DNA of 64,000 bases from Planctomycetota bacterium (GTDB lineage Bacteria > Planctomycetota > UBA8108 > SXIK01), in assembly GCA_965223265.1 (NCBI GenBank), contig OZ244999.1, positions 1,024,001 through 1,088,000 on the forward strand, given 5' to 3'. Every line of letters starts with the position of its first letter. The stretch's first letter is position 1. Shown one piece after another: positions 19,230 through 27,491 of the stretch. Below the pieces are notes generated by a model. That model saw only the letters and a list, made by a program, of their open reading frames with translations. It did not search any database and was not told the origin of the DNA. The position numbers and the translations under genes are program-made.

Positions 19230-22031
19230 TTAGTCCGTTCGGAAGACCTTCATCACTTCGTCACCCAGGTGGTTGATGACTTTCACAGCAATGCGCCCGG
19301 ACTTTGGCTTCTCAAACAGCCTCGAAGTGTCGCTGTGAAGCGTTTCCCACGCTTCCTTGTCAATCTCGGCCTTGAGCGTGGTCTTGAGCGCCTTGTATGG
19401 GTCGTTTGCACCGAGGAAGTACGCGTGCCGAACAAAGAAGCTCTCTTCGTTGTAGTCTGTGTCGATGAACCAACACGCAATTCCGTCAGCACCGTCACTT
19501 CGAACCTCACCAGTATTCGGGTGGAAGACGTCAACGCCGTTTATCTTCACCTGAATCTGGCCGTCTTCTGCGTCGAGAATGTCAATGTCAGGCTCGCCGA
19601 AGATGACGAAGAGGTTTCCTTTGCCTGTGTTTTTCAGGTCGTCTGCCATGTGAAGGTCGGCGTTCATTCGTGCCTTGAGAACCGGAATGCGACCAAGCTT
19701 CGAGAATTCTGTTGCGTGCGCTTCGTAGTTGAAGGCGCATGCAACGAGGACATCGAAGTCTGCGTCACCCGCCTCTCTCGCCGCGGCGACAAGGTCTGGC
19801 CTCGTGACAGTGCCAAACTCGGGGCCGACGAGGATTCCGGCTCTCTTCACGCGACCCTCCTCGACCCCTCCCTCTTCGTACCGCCCCTCAGCACAAATGA
19901 ACTGCCCCGGCCACGGCGATACGGAGGTGAATCGGATTCGGTCGGCCTTGTGCGCTTGCTGAACCCCAGAGGTCAGCAAATTCTCGAGGACCGTCTTCGC
20001 GAAATCCGTCGTGTCCTCCTCGCCCGAAGCTCCACTCTTCCGAAGGTCAATGAGTTCGTCGTCTTCGTCGACTCCGAGCACTCTATGCGGAGAGAGGCTT
20101 TCGACAGTGAAGGGACCAGAAACTCGGACCTTCGACTGGTCTTCGTAGGGTTTATCGTAGAGATACTCAAAGTCCGCTTGGGCAGCGATACACGCATCAA
20201 TTGCTTCCTGTCTTGCGATGCGACCGTTCCACCAATCGGCGTGGAGTTTCTTCGCCTCTTCTGACCACTCCTTGTCTGCTTCACGAGGTATTTCCCACTC
20301 TTCCCATTCCTGTTCAATCGCTCGATTGAGCTCTTCCTGCAAGTCTTCCAGGTTTCGGGCAAATCGGTCCCATACCACGTCGATTTCAGCGTTGTTGGCG
20401 ATGGATTTGAGAGTGATGTGTGGAACGCGTTGATAGACGAAACCCTGTCGAATGTCGCCACCAGTAACGGACTCCGGACTGGCTTCTGCCCGTGCAATCT
20501 CAGCCTCTGTTCGCTTACCCTCGCGGCTATCAGACAGAACATAGTACGAGTAGCGGGCTGCCATAACCCGAGCACGAGCGAGAGAAAGTGCAACGCGAGA
20601 CGTGTCAACCGTTATCCATCGGCGACCCCACTGCTCAGCGATGTACGCAGTAGTACCCGAGCCACACGTCGGGTCAAGGACAAGGTCGCCGGGGTCTGTC
20701 ACCATCAGGAGGCAGCGCTGAACAAGTTTCGTGCCGGTTTGAACTACGTATATCTTCTCGTCGGTGAAGCTGCCGGTTCCTGTGTCCTGCCAGACGTTTC
20801 CGATAGCTTGGGCTGGAAAGTCGTTGATGAAGCGTATGTACGTCAAGCTGTTCGCGGCTGGGCGGATACGGTTGGCTTTGAGTAGCCGTTCCATTCCGGT
20901 TTCACCGGTCTTCCAGAATCCTTTTCCGGGTCCGAAAACTCGTCCGTTGACCGTCACCGGAAAACCCCCTGGAGGGCGCTGCGAAGTCATGTTGTCGAAC
21001 CGACACACTCTCTCCGTCATGCCGCGGAGTTTTTGCTCGTCTGAGAGTCTCGTTAGTTCGCCCGCGGAGTTCATTACCCATCGGTACACTCCGGCCTTGT
21101 CGCTCTGCAGCCCCTTCTCCACAAGCGGTTGCCGAAACTTTATGTTTGGTCGACTCTTTGCGTACCAAAGTACGTAGTCGGCCGTCCCAGCAATTAGCTC
21201 TGACGTTTGGCCTGCGGTCTTCACGACCGTCAGAAGGGAGCAGAAGTTCTTCTCTCCGAAGACTTCGTCGAGAAGCGAACGGACCAAGTGAACGTTTTCA
21301 TCGCCAATCTGAACGAAGACTGAGCCGGACTCTGTTAACAGGTCCTGGCATAGCGTTAGGCGGTCTCGAAGATACGTGAGATACGAATGAACTCCGTCCC
21401 TCCACGTGTCTCGAAACGCCTTAACTTGCTCCGGCTCTCGGGTGATGTGCTCGCTCTTTCCGTCGACAACGGTTCTGCTTGTCGTAGACCACTGGAAATT
21501 CGAGTTGAACTTGATACCGTACGGTGGGTCGATGTAAATGCACTGAACCTGCCCGCGCAGTCCTTCCCTTTCTGCAAGCGACGCCATCACCTGGAGGCTA
21601 TCGCCAAGAATCATGCGGTTCGTCCAGTTAGCGTCGTGCTGGTAGAACTCGGTTGAACGAGCCTCGTCCGGAAGACCATTGAAATCTGCAAAGAGGTCAA
21701 GCTGCACGGCTTGTCCTTTGCTTTCTCGCTCCTTCGTCTGACGAACCAAATCGTCGACAAGGACCTTCGGGTGAACCTTCTCCTGGATAAAGAGCGGCGG
21801 AGCCTGGACGACGAGGTCAGACCAATCCTGCGCGTCCTTCCCGCGCCAAACAAGCTGTGGGTCGAGGTCACGGTTTCTGCGCTCGTACGCGACCCGTATT
21901 GGGCTTTCGTCTTCTTTCGCCATCACCGACTGAAATTCTGCAGTCGGAATATTCTTCCGCGAAGCCTCGTCATGAGTAAGCGTTTCGACCGTCTTCTTTC
22001 CCGCGGTCTTCTTTCGGGTCTTTCTTGCCAT
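19230..22031 (-). CDS. mod: Type III restriction-modification DNA methyltransferase
   Basis: ILGDSL, YIDPPYG (motif IV), VLDPTCGSGTT (motif I), C-terminal IAVKVINHLGDE. Confidence 0.92.
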   Translation of the reverse strand: MARKTRKKTAGKKTVETLTHDEASRKNIPTAEFQSVMAKEDESPIRVAYERRNRDLDPQLVWRGKDAQDWSDLVVQAPPLFIQEKVHPKVLVDDLVRQTKERESKGQAVQLDLFADFNGLPDEARSTEFYQHDANWTNRMILGDSLQVMASLAEREGLRGQVQCIYIDPPYGIKFNSNFQWSTTSRTVVDGKSEHITREPEQVKAFRDTWRDGVHSYLTYLRDRLTLCQDLLTESGSVFVQIGDENVHLVRSLLDEVFGEKNFCSLLTVVKTAGQTSELIAGTADYVLWYAKSRPNIKFRQPLVEKGLQSDKAGVYRWVMNSAGELTRLSDEQKLRGMTERVCRFDNMTSQRPPGGFPVTVNGRVFGPGKGFWKTGETGMERLLKANRIRPAANSLTYIRFINDFPAQAIGNVWQDTGTGSFTDEKIYVVQTGTKLVQRCLLMVTDPGDLVLDPTCGSGTTAYIAEQWGRRWITVDTSRVALSLARARVMAARYSYYVLSDSREGKRTEAEIARAEASPESVTGGDIRQGFVYQRVPHITLKSIANNAEIDVVWDRFARNLEDLQEELNRAIEQEWEEWEIPREADKEWSEEAKKLHADWWNGRIARQEAIDACIAAQADFEYLYDKPYEDQSKVRVSGPFTVESLSPHRVLGVDEDDELIDLRKSGASGEEDTTDFAKTVLENLLTSGVQQAHKADRIRFTSVSPWPGQFICAEGRYEEGGVEEGRVKRAGILVGPEFGTVTRPDLVAAAREAGDADFDVLVACAFNYEAHATEFSKLGRIPVLKARMNADLHMADDLKNTGKGNLFVIFGEPDIDILDAEDGQIQVKINGVDVFHPNTGEVRSDGADGIACWFIDTDYNEESFFVRHAYFLGANDPYKALKTTLKAEIDKEAWETLHSDTSRLFEKPKSGRIAVKVINHLGDEVMKVFRTD

Positions 22032-22041
22032 TTGCGCTCCT

Positions 22042-25000
22042 CTACACCGCTGCCTCGGCTGCGCCGCTCTCAATCGCTTGCTCGACCATCGCGTCAAACT
22101 TCTCTTTCACCTTCGCCTCAAAGTCGGACTCCATCTCAAAGACGTCCGTGAACTCAGCGAACGCCCACCGGCCGTAGGTCTTGAGGTTGTTAACACCAGG
22201 AACCCAATAGGTCTCCATGGTGGACTTCTTTTCTTTCGCGTCTTCTCGTCGGTAGCCCTTAATCTCAACCACCAACTGAAGCAGGTCGTCCTCGCCGTGC
22301 CCGTCGTCAATGAGCACGACGAAATCCGGAAAGTACTTGCGTGTTTCTGAGCCGTAGCGGTACGGAACCTCGAGGCCAAGGCTGTGGTTCTTTACGTAGG
22401 CCTTTACCTGAGCGTGCGCTTCCGCGACGCGGCAGAACTCAGCCTCCCAATCGCTATCGCAGACAACCCAGTTCACATGACACCGATTGGGTGCAGTCTC
22501 CCAACGGGTCTTCTTCGACGTATTGAAACTCACGTGGGTCGTGCTTCCCGTCGGATTGTACGGGTCGAGCACGGCCTTAATCGGCCGCTCACCAACAAGC
22601 TTCCTCGTGATTCCGGCGGTAACTCTCTCGCACGCCATGTCAGCAAGCGACTGATACATGAGCTGCGCGGGAAAAGTGCCGCCCTTACAGACGAGGTGGT
22701 TGTCGAGCCACTGCCGAGTGATTCGCTTTAGCTGCCCAAAGAGGTGAAGCTTCGGTTCCTCGCCAGGGTCTCGCCACTTTGTGTAGAGAAGTCGCTGCGT
22801 GAGATGAAACAGCAGAGTCGAGCGGCGAAGGTCACCTGTGTGAACGAGGTTTAGGTCTACGCCCTCCCCGATGATTCCTTCGTTCCGGGTCTTTGACGGT
22901 CCAATCACGTCGGGCGTAAGTTCCAGAGTCGAGTCTTCGTTGAACGCCGCCGTGAGTCGCTCTTCCGGAAGCTCAACTCGATACCCTTCAACTCGCGGAA
23001 ACTGAATCTCGCAGTCATCCCGGTCCGGTCGAATTGCCCTTACGTGAACGGATTCTCGTGGAGGCTGCGGGGGAGCGACAACGGGTTTCGCGGTGAAGTC
23101 GAACGGGATGCCGAGAACGTCAGCGTATTCGACGTTGAAGAGTCCCGCTTCGTTTAGGTCGTACGACTGACGCCTAAGAGCTCGTCCGATTACCTGCTCG
23201 CAAAGAAGTTGCGTTCCAAAGGCTCTAACTCCAAGCACGTGCGTGACCGTGTTCGCGTCCCAGCCTTCTGTGAGCATGGAGACAGATACCACGCAGCGAA
23301 TTGATTCGCCCAGGCGACCCTGCTTCCCTACCGTGTTCATCACTTCGCGCAGAAGCTCCTGGTCGGTAATCTTCTCCGCTTGGTGTCGGTCACCGGTGCG
23401 CTCTATTATTTCGCGACGAAACCGCTCGATTTCGTCCTGCGCCATGTCACGGAAATTTTTGTCGAGCGCGTCTCCTGACTCGAGTTGCTCGCTGTCAATG
23501 AGAAGTGTCCGCGGCCGAGCCAACCGGTCGCCGTGCTCATTAAAGTTGCGAAAGAGTTCGAATCGCCCATTCTCGAGCGTGCTTGAACCGTCTTCGTGCT
23601 CTCGGTAGAAACCAGAGATGTAATCGTGGACGAGCTTTGACGTCGAGGTGTTGTTACAGACCACGATGAAGCAGGGTGGTACCCGAATGCCTTCTTCTTC
23701 CCACAGCTCGTAGGTCTTCTTGTAGTGCCCGTAGAGTGCCTCGAGTGCTGTCTGGAGTTCGACAGGAATGCTAAGCGGGTCAAGGGTCTTGCCCTTCCCT
23801 CGTCCCTTCTTTGGCATCTTTGGCCGAATATGCTCCCAGAGGTTCCTGAACTTTGGCATCTCGCCGCCAGGAATGTTGTCAGCTACCGGAACTCGCGGAA
23901 GCTTAACGATGCCGCACTCAATCGCGTCCATGAGCGAGAAGTCACTCATGGTCCATGGAAATAGAGTTCCCTCCGCGTATCCGGAGCCGCGGAGAAAGAA
24001 CGGTGTAGCTGAGAGGTCAACCACACGGGCGATACCGAGCTTCTTCCCGACAGCCTCGAGGCCAGAAATCCACAGGCGGGCTGCCTCTCGGTTCTTCTCT
24101 GCTTCTTTCCTGTCGTCACCCTTCAGGTCACCTTCTGCGTCTTCGCCCGGCTTCTCACGGTAACAGTGGTGCGCCTCGTCGTTTAGCACCATCACGTGTT
24201 TCATGCCCATGAGGCCTGGCATGACCCGCTGAAGCATCTGGCCTTCGGTTTCAACGGTGCTCAGAGGCTCGCCGCGTCCCTGAAGTAGTGAACGCCCTCC
24301 CTTTGAAAGCTCAAGCGTCTCCCGGAGCTTAAAGGCATGGTAATTCGTAATGACGATTCTCGCCTTCCCGAGGTCGCCAAGCATGTCGTTTGGTATGAGT
24401 TCACGACTCTCGTAGTAGCTATCCGGGTCGTTTGGTTGAAGCACCCGCAACCGGTCGCGAATGGTTAGGCCAGGCGCGACAACCAAGAAGCCACGTGTGA
24501 ACTTCTTGCTACTTGGGCGACGCACAGCGTTGACTGTCTGCCAGGCGATAATCATCGCCATGACGGTCGTTTTTCCTGCGCCAGTTGCAAGTTTGAGGGC
24601 GAGGCGAGGTAGCCCAGGATTCGCCACTTCGTTAGCTTGCTCCAGCTGCTCTACAAACGCTCTGTGTGCCTTCTTCTTTGGCGCAACCTCTGTCAACCAT
24701 ATCAGTGTCTCTACCGCTTCTACCTGGCAGAAGAACGGTCGGATATCGCTAAAGCGATGGTGGCGCCAGTGTTGAAGTAGCCGCGCTGTTTCTGGCGTTA
24801 CGCCCCAGACGCTTGGATTCGGTAATGCTCTCCACTTCTCAACGTGGTTGCGTACCGCGTTGATGACTGGGTTTGGGTCGTACTGCTGCTCGTCGGTCGA
24901 GAGTCCCTTGCCTTCGTCGAATACGAACTCCTTCTGGCCGGACTTCCCTTTCCGTTTCTTAGGCTTCGGAATGGGTGTGATGAATTCAGCCAGTCGACGC

Positions 25001-25110
25001 GTTTCAATGACTCTCTGCGTCGGTTGGCCGTTCGGGTCGAGCTCCCAGTGCTTCGCTGGGTACTCATAAGGGGAATTCAGAATCGGTGCCTCGAAGAAGG
25101 ACTCGTTCAT
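22042..25110 (-). CDS. res: Type III restriction endonuclease subunit (BPTD_3080-like)
   Basis: PILNSPYEYP, KLATGAGKT, NDEAHHCY, SMLTEGWD, EQVIGRALRR, C-terminal YFPDF..VEIKG nuclease motif. Confidence 0.92.
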   Translation of the reverse strand: MNESFFEAPILNSPYEYPAKHWELDPNGQPTQRVIETRRLAEFITPIPKPKKRKGKSGQKEFVFDEGKGLSTDEQQYDPNPVINAVRNHVEKWRALPNPSVWGVTPETARLLQHWRHHRFSDIRPFFCQVEAVETLIWLTEVAPKKKAHRAFVEQLEQANEVANPGLPRLALKLATGAGKTTVMAMIIAWQTVNAVRRPSSKKFTRGFLVVAPGLTIRDRLRVLQPNDPDSYYESRELIPNDMLGDLGKARIVITNYHAFKLRETLELSKGGRSLLQGRGEPLSTVETEGQMLQRVMPGLMGMKHVMVLNDEAHHCYREKPGEDAEGDLKGDDRKEAEKNREAARLWISGLEAVGKKLGIARVVDLSATPFFLRGSGYAEGTLFPWTMSDFSLMDAIECGIVKLPRVPVADNIPGGEMPKFRNLWEHIRPKMPKKGRGKGKTLDPLSIPVELQTALEALYGHYKKTYELWEEEGIRVPPCFIVVCNNTSTSKLVHDYISGFYREHEDGSSTLENGRFELFRNFNEHGDRLARPRTLLIDSEQLESGDALDKNFRDMAQDEIERFRREIIERTGDRHQAEKITDQELLREVMNTVGKQGRLGESIRCVVSVSMLTEGWDANTVTHVLGVRAFGTQLLCEQVIGRALRRQSYDLNEAGLFNVEYADVLGIPFDFTAKPVVAPPQPPRESVHVRAIRPDRDDCEIQFPRVEGYRVELPEERLTAAFNEDSTLELTPDVIGPSKTRNEGIIGEGVDLNLVHTGDLRRSTLLFHLTQRLLYTKWRDPGEEPKLHLFGQLKRITRQWLDNHLVCKGGTFPAQLMYQSLADMACERVTAGITRKLVGERPIKAVLDPYNPTGSTTHVSFNTSKKTRWETAPNRCHVNWVVCDSDWEAEFCRVAEAHAQVKAYVKNHSLGLEVPYRYGSETRKYFPDFVVLIDDGHGEDDLLQLVVEIKGYRREDAKEKKSTMETYWVPGVNNLKTYGRWAFAEFTDVFEMESDFEAKVKEKFDAMVEQAIESGAAEAAV

Positions 25111-25169
25111 GTTCTAATCCCCCGAGTTCTCTCTGCACTCAGCAGCGCACGCAAGCTTGCCGAATCCAG

Positions 25170-25361
25170 CTACTTGTCCCTTCCGTTCTCTCCCGTTGAC
25201 TCAAGCCACCGGTCGATTGCCCCGCGGCTAAACCGCCACTGGCGTCCAACTTTCTGGCCCGGAATCCGTGACGCTTGCGCCAACTTGTAGAGTGTTGACT
25301 TCGGTATGCGAAGGTACCGAGCAAGCTCCTCGATGGTCAGGACGTCCTTTTGTCGCGCCAC
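25170..25361 (-). CDS. Helix-turn-helix DNA-binding protein (excisionase/HTH_17 type)
   Basis: VLTIEELARYLRIPKSTLYKLAQ..IPGQKVGRQWRF...IDRWL. Confidence 0.88.
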   Translation of the reverse strand: MARQKDVLTIEELARYLRIPKSTLYKLAQASRIPGQKVGRQWRFSRGAIDRWLESTGENGRDK

Positions 25362-25368
25362 GTCACTC

Positions 25369-25434
25369 TGGCCGCGTGTGGTCCGATTCTGCGGTAAACG
25401 CGCCTCATCGGATCACACGCGGCCAAAATGTCAA
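25369..25434 (-). promoter_or_regulatory. 19-bp inverted repeat plus TTGACA box upstream of the HTH-res-mod operon
   Basis: TGGCCGCGTGTGGTCCGAT (25369-25387) and ATCGGATCACACGCGGCCA (25407-25425) match at 18/19; minus-strand TTGACA at 25434-25429; the -10 box is weak. Confidence 0.55.
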
Positions 25435-25658
25435 CAGATGACAGCAATTGGCGAATATTCGACTCTTTTGCGCCCCAGCGGGCGCTGGGTGTGTAACAAC
25501 ACCCCGCCGTATGTGGGCCCCGTGGGCCGGTCTGCCCCGATTATCTTAAGAACGCGAACCGTGAGACACTTGCCGTAGACAAGGTAGGTCGATACACGGA
25601 TTTCGCATGGGGTTTTTGTGGGAAGCAACCACGTCCTTTTTTCACAGGAGACTTCGCA

Positions 25659-26057
25659 ATGTCGAACTTCAACAAAGTCATTCTCATGGGTCGTCTCACC
25701 GCTACGCCCGAGCTCCGCTACACGCCGGGTCGCACCGCTGTCACCGACGTGTCTCTCGCCATCAACCGCAAGTACCGCGCCGGTGGCGAGGGCGGCGAGC
25801 TCAAGGACGAGGTGACCTTCGTTGACGTCACGTACTGGGGCAAGCAGGCAGAAACGCTCTGCCAGTACCTGAGAAAGGGTGCGCCGCTTCACGTCGAGGG
25901 CCGCCTCTCGCTCGACCAGTGGGAGGACAGCGACGGCAAGAACCGTCAGAAGCTGAAGGTCACGGGCGAGAGCTTTCAATTCCTCGGGTCGTCAGGCAAC
26001 GAGAACCGCGAGGCTGCGGACGCCACCGCCCAGGAAGCCGCTACCGCTGGGGTGTAG
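25659..26057 (+). CDS. ssb: Single-stranded DNA-binding protein, copy 1
   Basis: NKVILMGRLT..PELRYT, FVDVTYWGKQAE, VEGRL, AGGAG RBS; no DDIPF tail. Confidence 0.95.
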   Translation: MSNFNKVILMGRLTATPELRYTPGRTAVTDVSLAINRKYRAGGEGGELKDEVTFVDVTYWGKQAETLCQYLRKGAPLHVEGRLSLDQWEDSDGKNRQKLKVTGESFQFLGSSGNENREAADATAQEAATAGV

Positions 26058-26072
26058 TCCCGGCACACTTCA

Positions 26073-26136
26073 GTAGGGAAGTCCCTTCGCATGGACTTGT
26101 GGGGTGACGCGTTGTCACCCCGCCCTACCTTGTCTA
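26073..26136 (+). other. Conserved three-stem structure downstream of ssb copy 1 (RNA or ssDNA)
   Basis: Stems GTAGGG/CCCTAC, AAGTCC/GGACTT and GGGGTGAC/GTCACCCC; the third stem is compensated in copy 2. Confidence 0.7.
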
Positions 26137-26208
26137 TCTCTTAAAAAGTTTCCGTATCTGTAAAGCTCTCTACTTCCGGGCGGGGCGTCCTCGGCGAGAG
26201 CTCCACCC

Positions 26209-27198
26209 TCAAAGCTCACCAGCTGCAAGCCGCTTCTTCCAGCGAAAGTACGTGGCACGGTTGTAGCCACCGTCGCGGCCTGGTCGCAGTCCACGTGTCC
26301 GTTCAGAAAAAAGCGCCGCCTTCTCGTCTTCTTGAAGGTCTTCGCTCTCAAGTATCTCAAGAAACAGCGCGCGAGCCTTGGCTCGTGGATTCTGGGCGAG
26401 AGCTGTTTCGGCCACAGCACCGCGACGCCGTGCGAGATTGTCAAGCTCACGCGACAAACGCTGCGGCTTTCGCTTGAAGTCCTTCCACGCGATAAGAGCG
26501 TGCTCAAGCTTTCGCAAGTCGGTGACGTGCCTTGCCTCAAGCTCGTCAATGACTCTCTCGCAATCCCGGCGCGCGATTCTTACTTCCCTGCCCTTCTTGC
26601 CGTCCCAAATCGCGTAGCCGTTTCGTCGAACCATGACCTCCCGCATGAACGCATAGACGTCAGTTGGCTCGACGGAGAATTCCACCGTCGGGATTCTCGT
26701 TAGAAGTGCTTCTACAATCGGGTCGTTCTCGCGGGGGATTCGGTTTCCAACGAGCACAATTCCGCCGCGATACTCGAAACGTTCAGGAACGCCGATATCA
26801 CGAGAGGTCGAGTAGGTAACGACACGTCTTCGCCTTCCCCCAGGGAGCTTCTTTCCCCAGAGCGCGGACCGGAGAATCCCAACTGAGACCTCCTGCTTGT
26901 AGACCTGCTCGATATCGTCAAGAAGCAGAAGCGGCTGCTCGCGGTGGGCGTAAAGCGTCTGGTAGAGCGCAAGCGGAGTGATATGGCTGTTCTTTCCCTT
27001 CTCTGCGAAATCGACCTTGTGCTTCTCAAGAAGAGTCTCAATCGTGTGGGTTTTCCCTACGCCTCCTGGACCCACCACTGCGAGGCCAGAGCATGTGCCC
27101 TCGAGCACCTTCTCTGCCCAGTACGACGCAGAGTCCTGGAGTTCTACGATTCGCAGCGCCTTCTTCTGACGCAAGGAGTTGCTTGTTGCTCGAACCAT
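26209..27198 (-). CDS. P-loop (AAA+-like) ATPase with C-terminal HTH-like motif; start uncertain
   Basis: GPGGVGKT, LLLLDDIE, GGIVLVGN, ALLTR, C-terminal YNRATYFRWKK. Confidence 0.8.
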   Translation of the reverse strand: MVRATSNSLRQKKALRIVELQDSASYWAEKVLEGTCSGLAVVGPGGVGKTHTIETLLEKHKVDFAEKGKNSHITPLALYQTLYAHREQPLLLLDDIEQVYKQEVSVGILRSALWGKKLPGGRRRRVVTYSTSRDIGVPERFEYRGGIVLVGNRIPRENDPIVEALLTRIPTVEFSVEPTDVYAFMREVMVRRNGYAIWDGKKGREVRIARRDCERVIDELEARHVTDLRKLEHALIAWKDFKRKPQRLSRELDNLARRRGAVAETALAQNPRAKARALFLEILESEDLQEDEKAALFSERTRGLRPGRDGGYNRATYFRWKKRLAAGEL

Positions 27199-27491
27199 CG
27201 GAACCGAACCACCCGAAGAGAGAATCGGACGAGGGAGCATACGTTGTGCCACGAGGGAGCTCAAGCGACTTTTGCGACTTTTTGTCCAAACGACTTCTGC
27301 GACAATTGCGCCTACGGCGATGGGATTGCGGGCTACGGTGGATTCGGGTCGCAATCGTCGCAAGTCGCATGCGACGACAAAGCGACTCGACGGAAGCCAC
27401 ATGAACGGGGAAGCCGCCGTTTTTCGCATAGAGCAACTTTCGCCGCTCGTGAGGCTCGGCTGCCAGAAGGTAGAGGCTCTGCGTCGAGTAG

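Larger units (their letters stand above)
25449..26164 (+). repeat. Long direct repeat copy 1 (structured leader + ssb + structured trailer)
   Basis: Homologous to 40634..41340 from TGGCGAATATTCGAC to CCGTATCTGTAAA. Confidence 0.95.

Noticed and set aside
19167-20264. 365 aa plus-strand ORF
   Set aside because: Antisense shadow of the mod gene with no motifs.
25449-26164. ssb cassette as a group I or II intron, retron or IS200/IS605 derivative
   Set aside because: GAGACTTC and TAGTCC/GAAGTCC loosely recall group I P7, but no convincing P/Q elements, group II domain V, interrupted host gene, reverse transcriptase or transposase was found.
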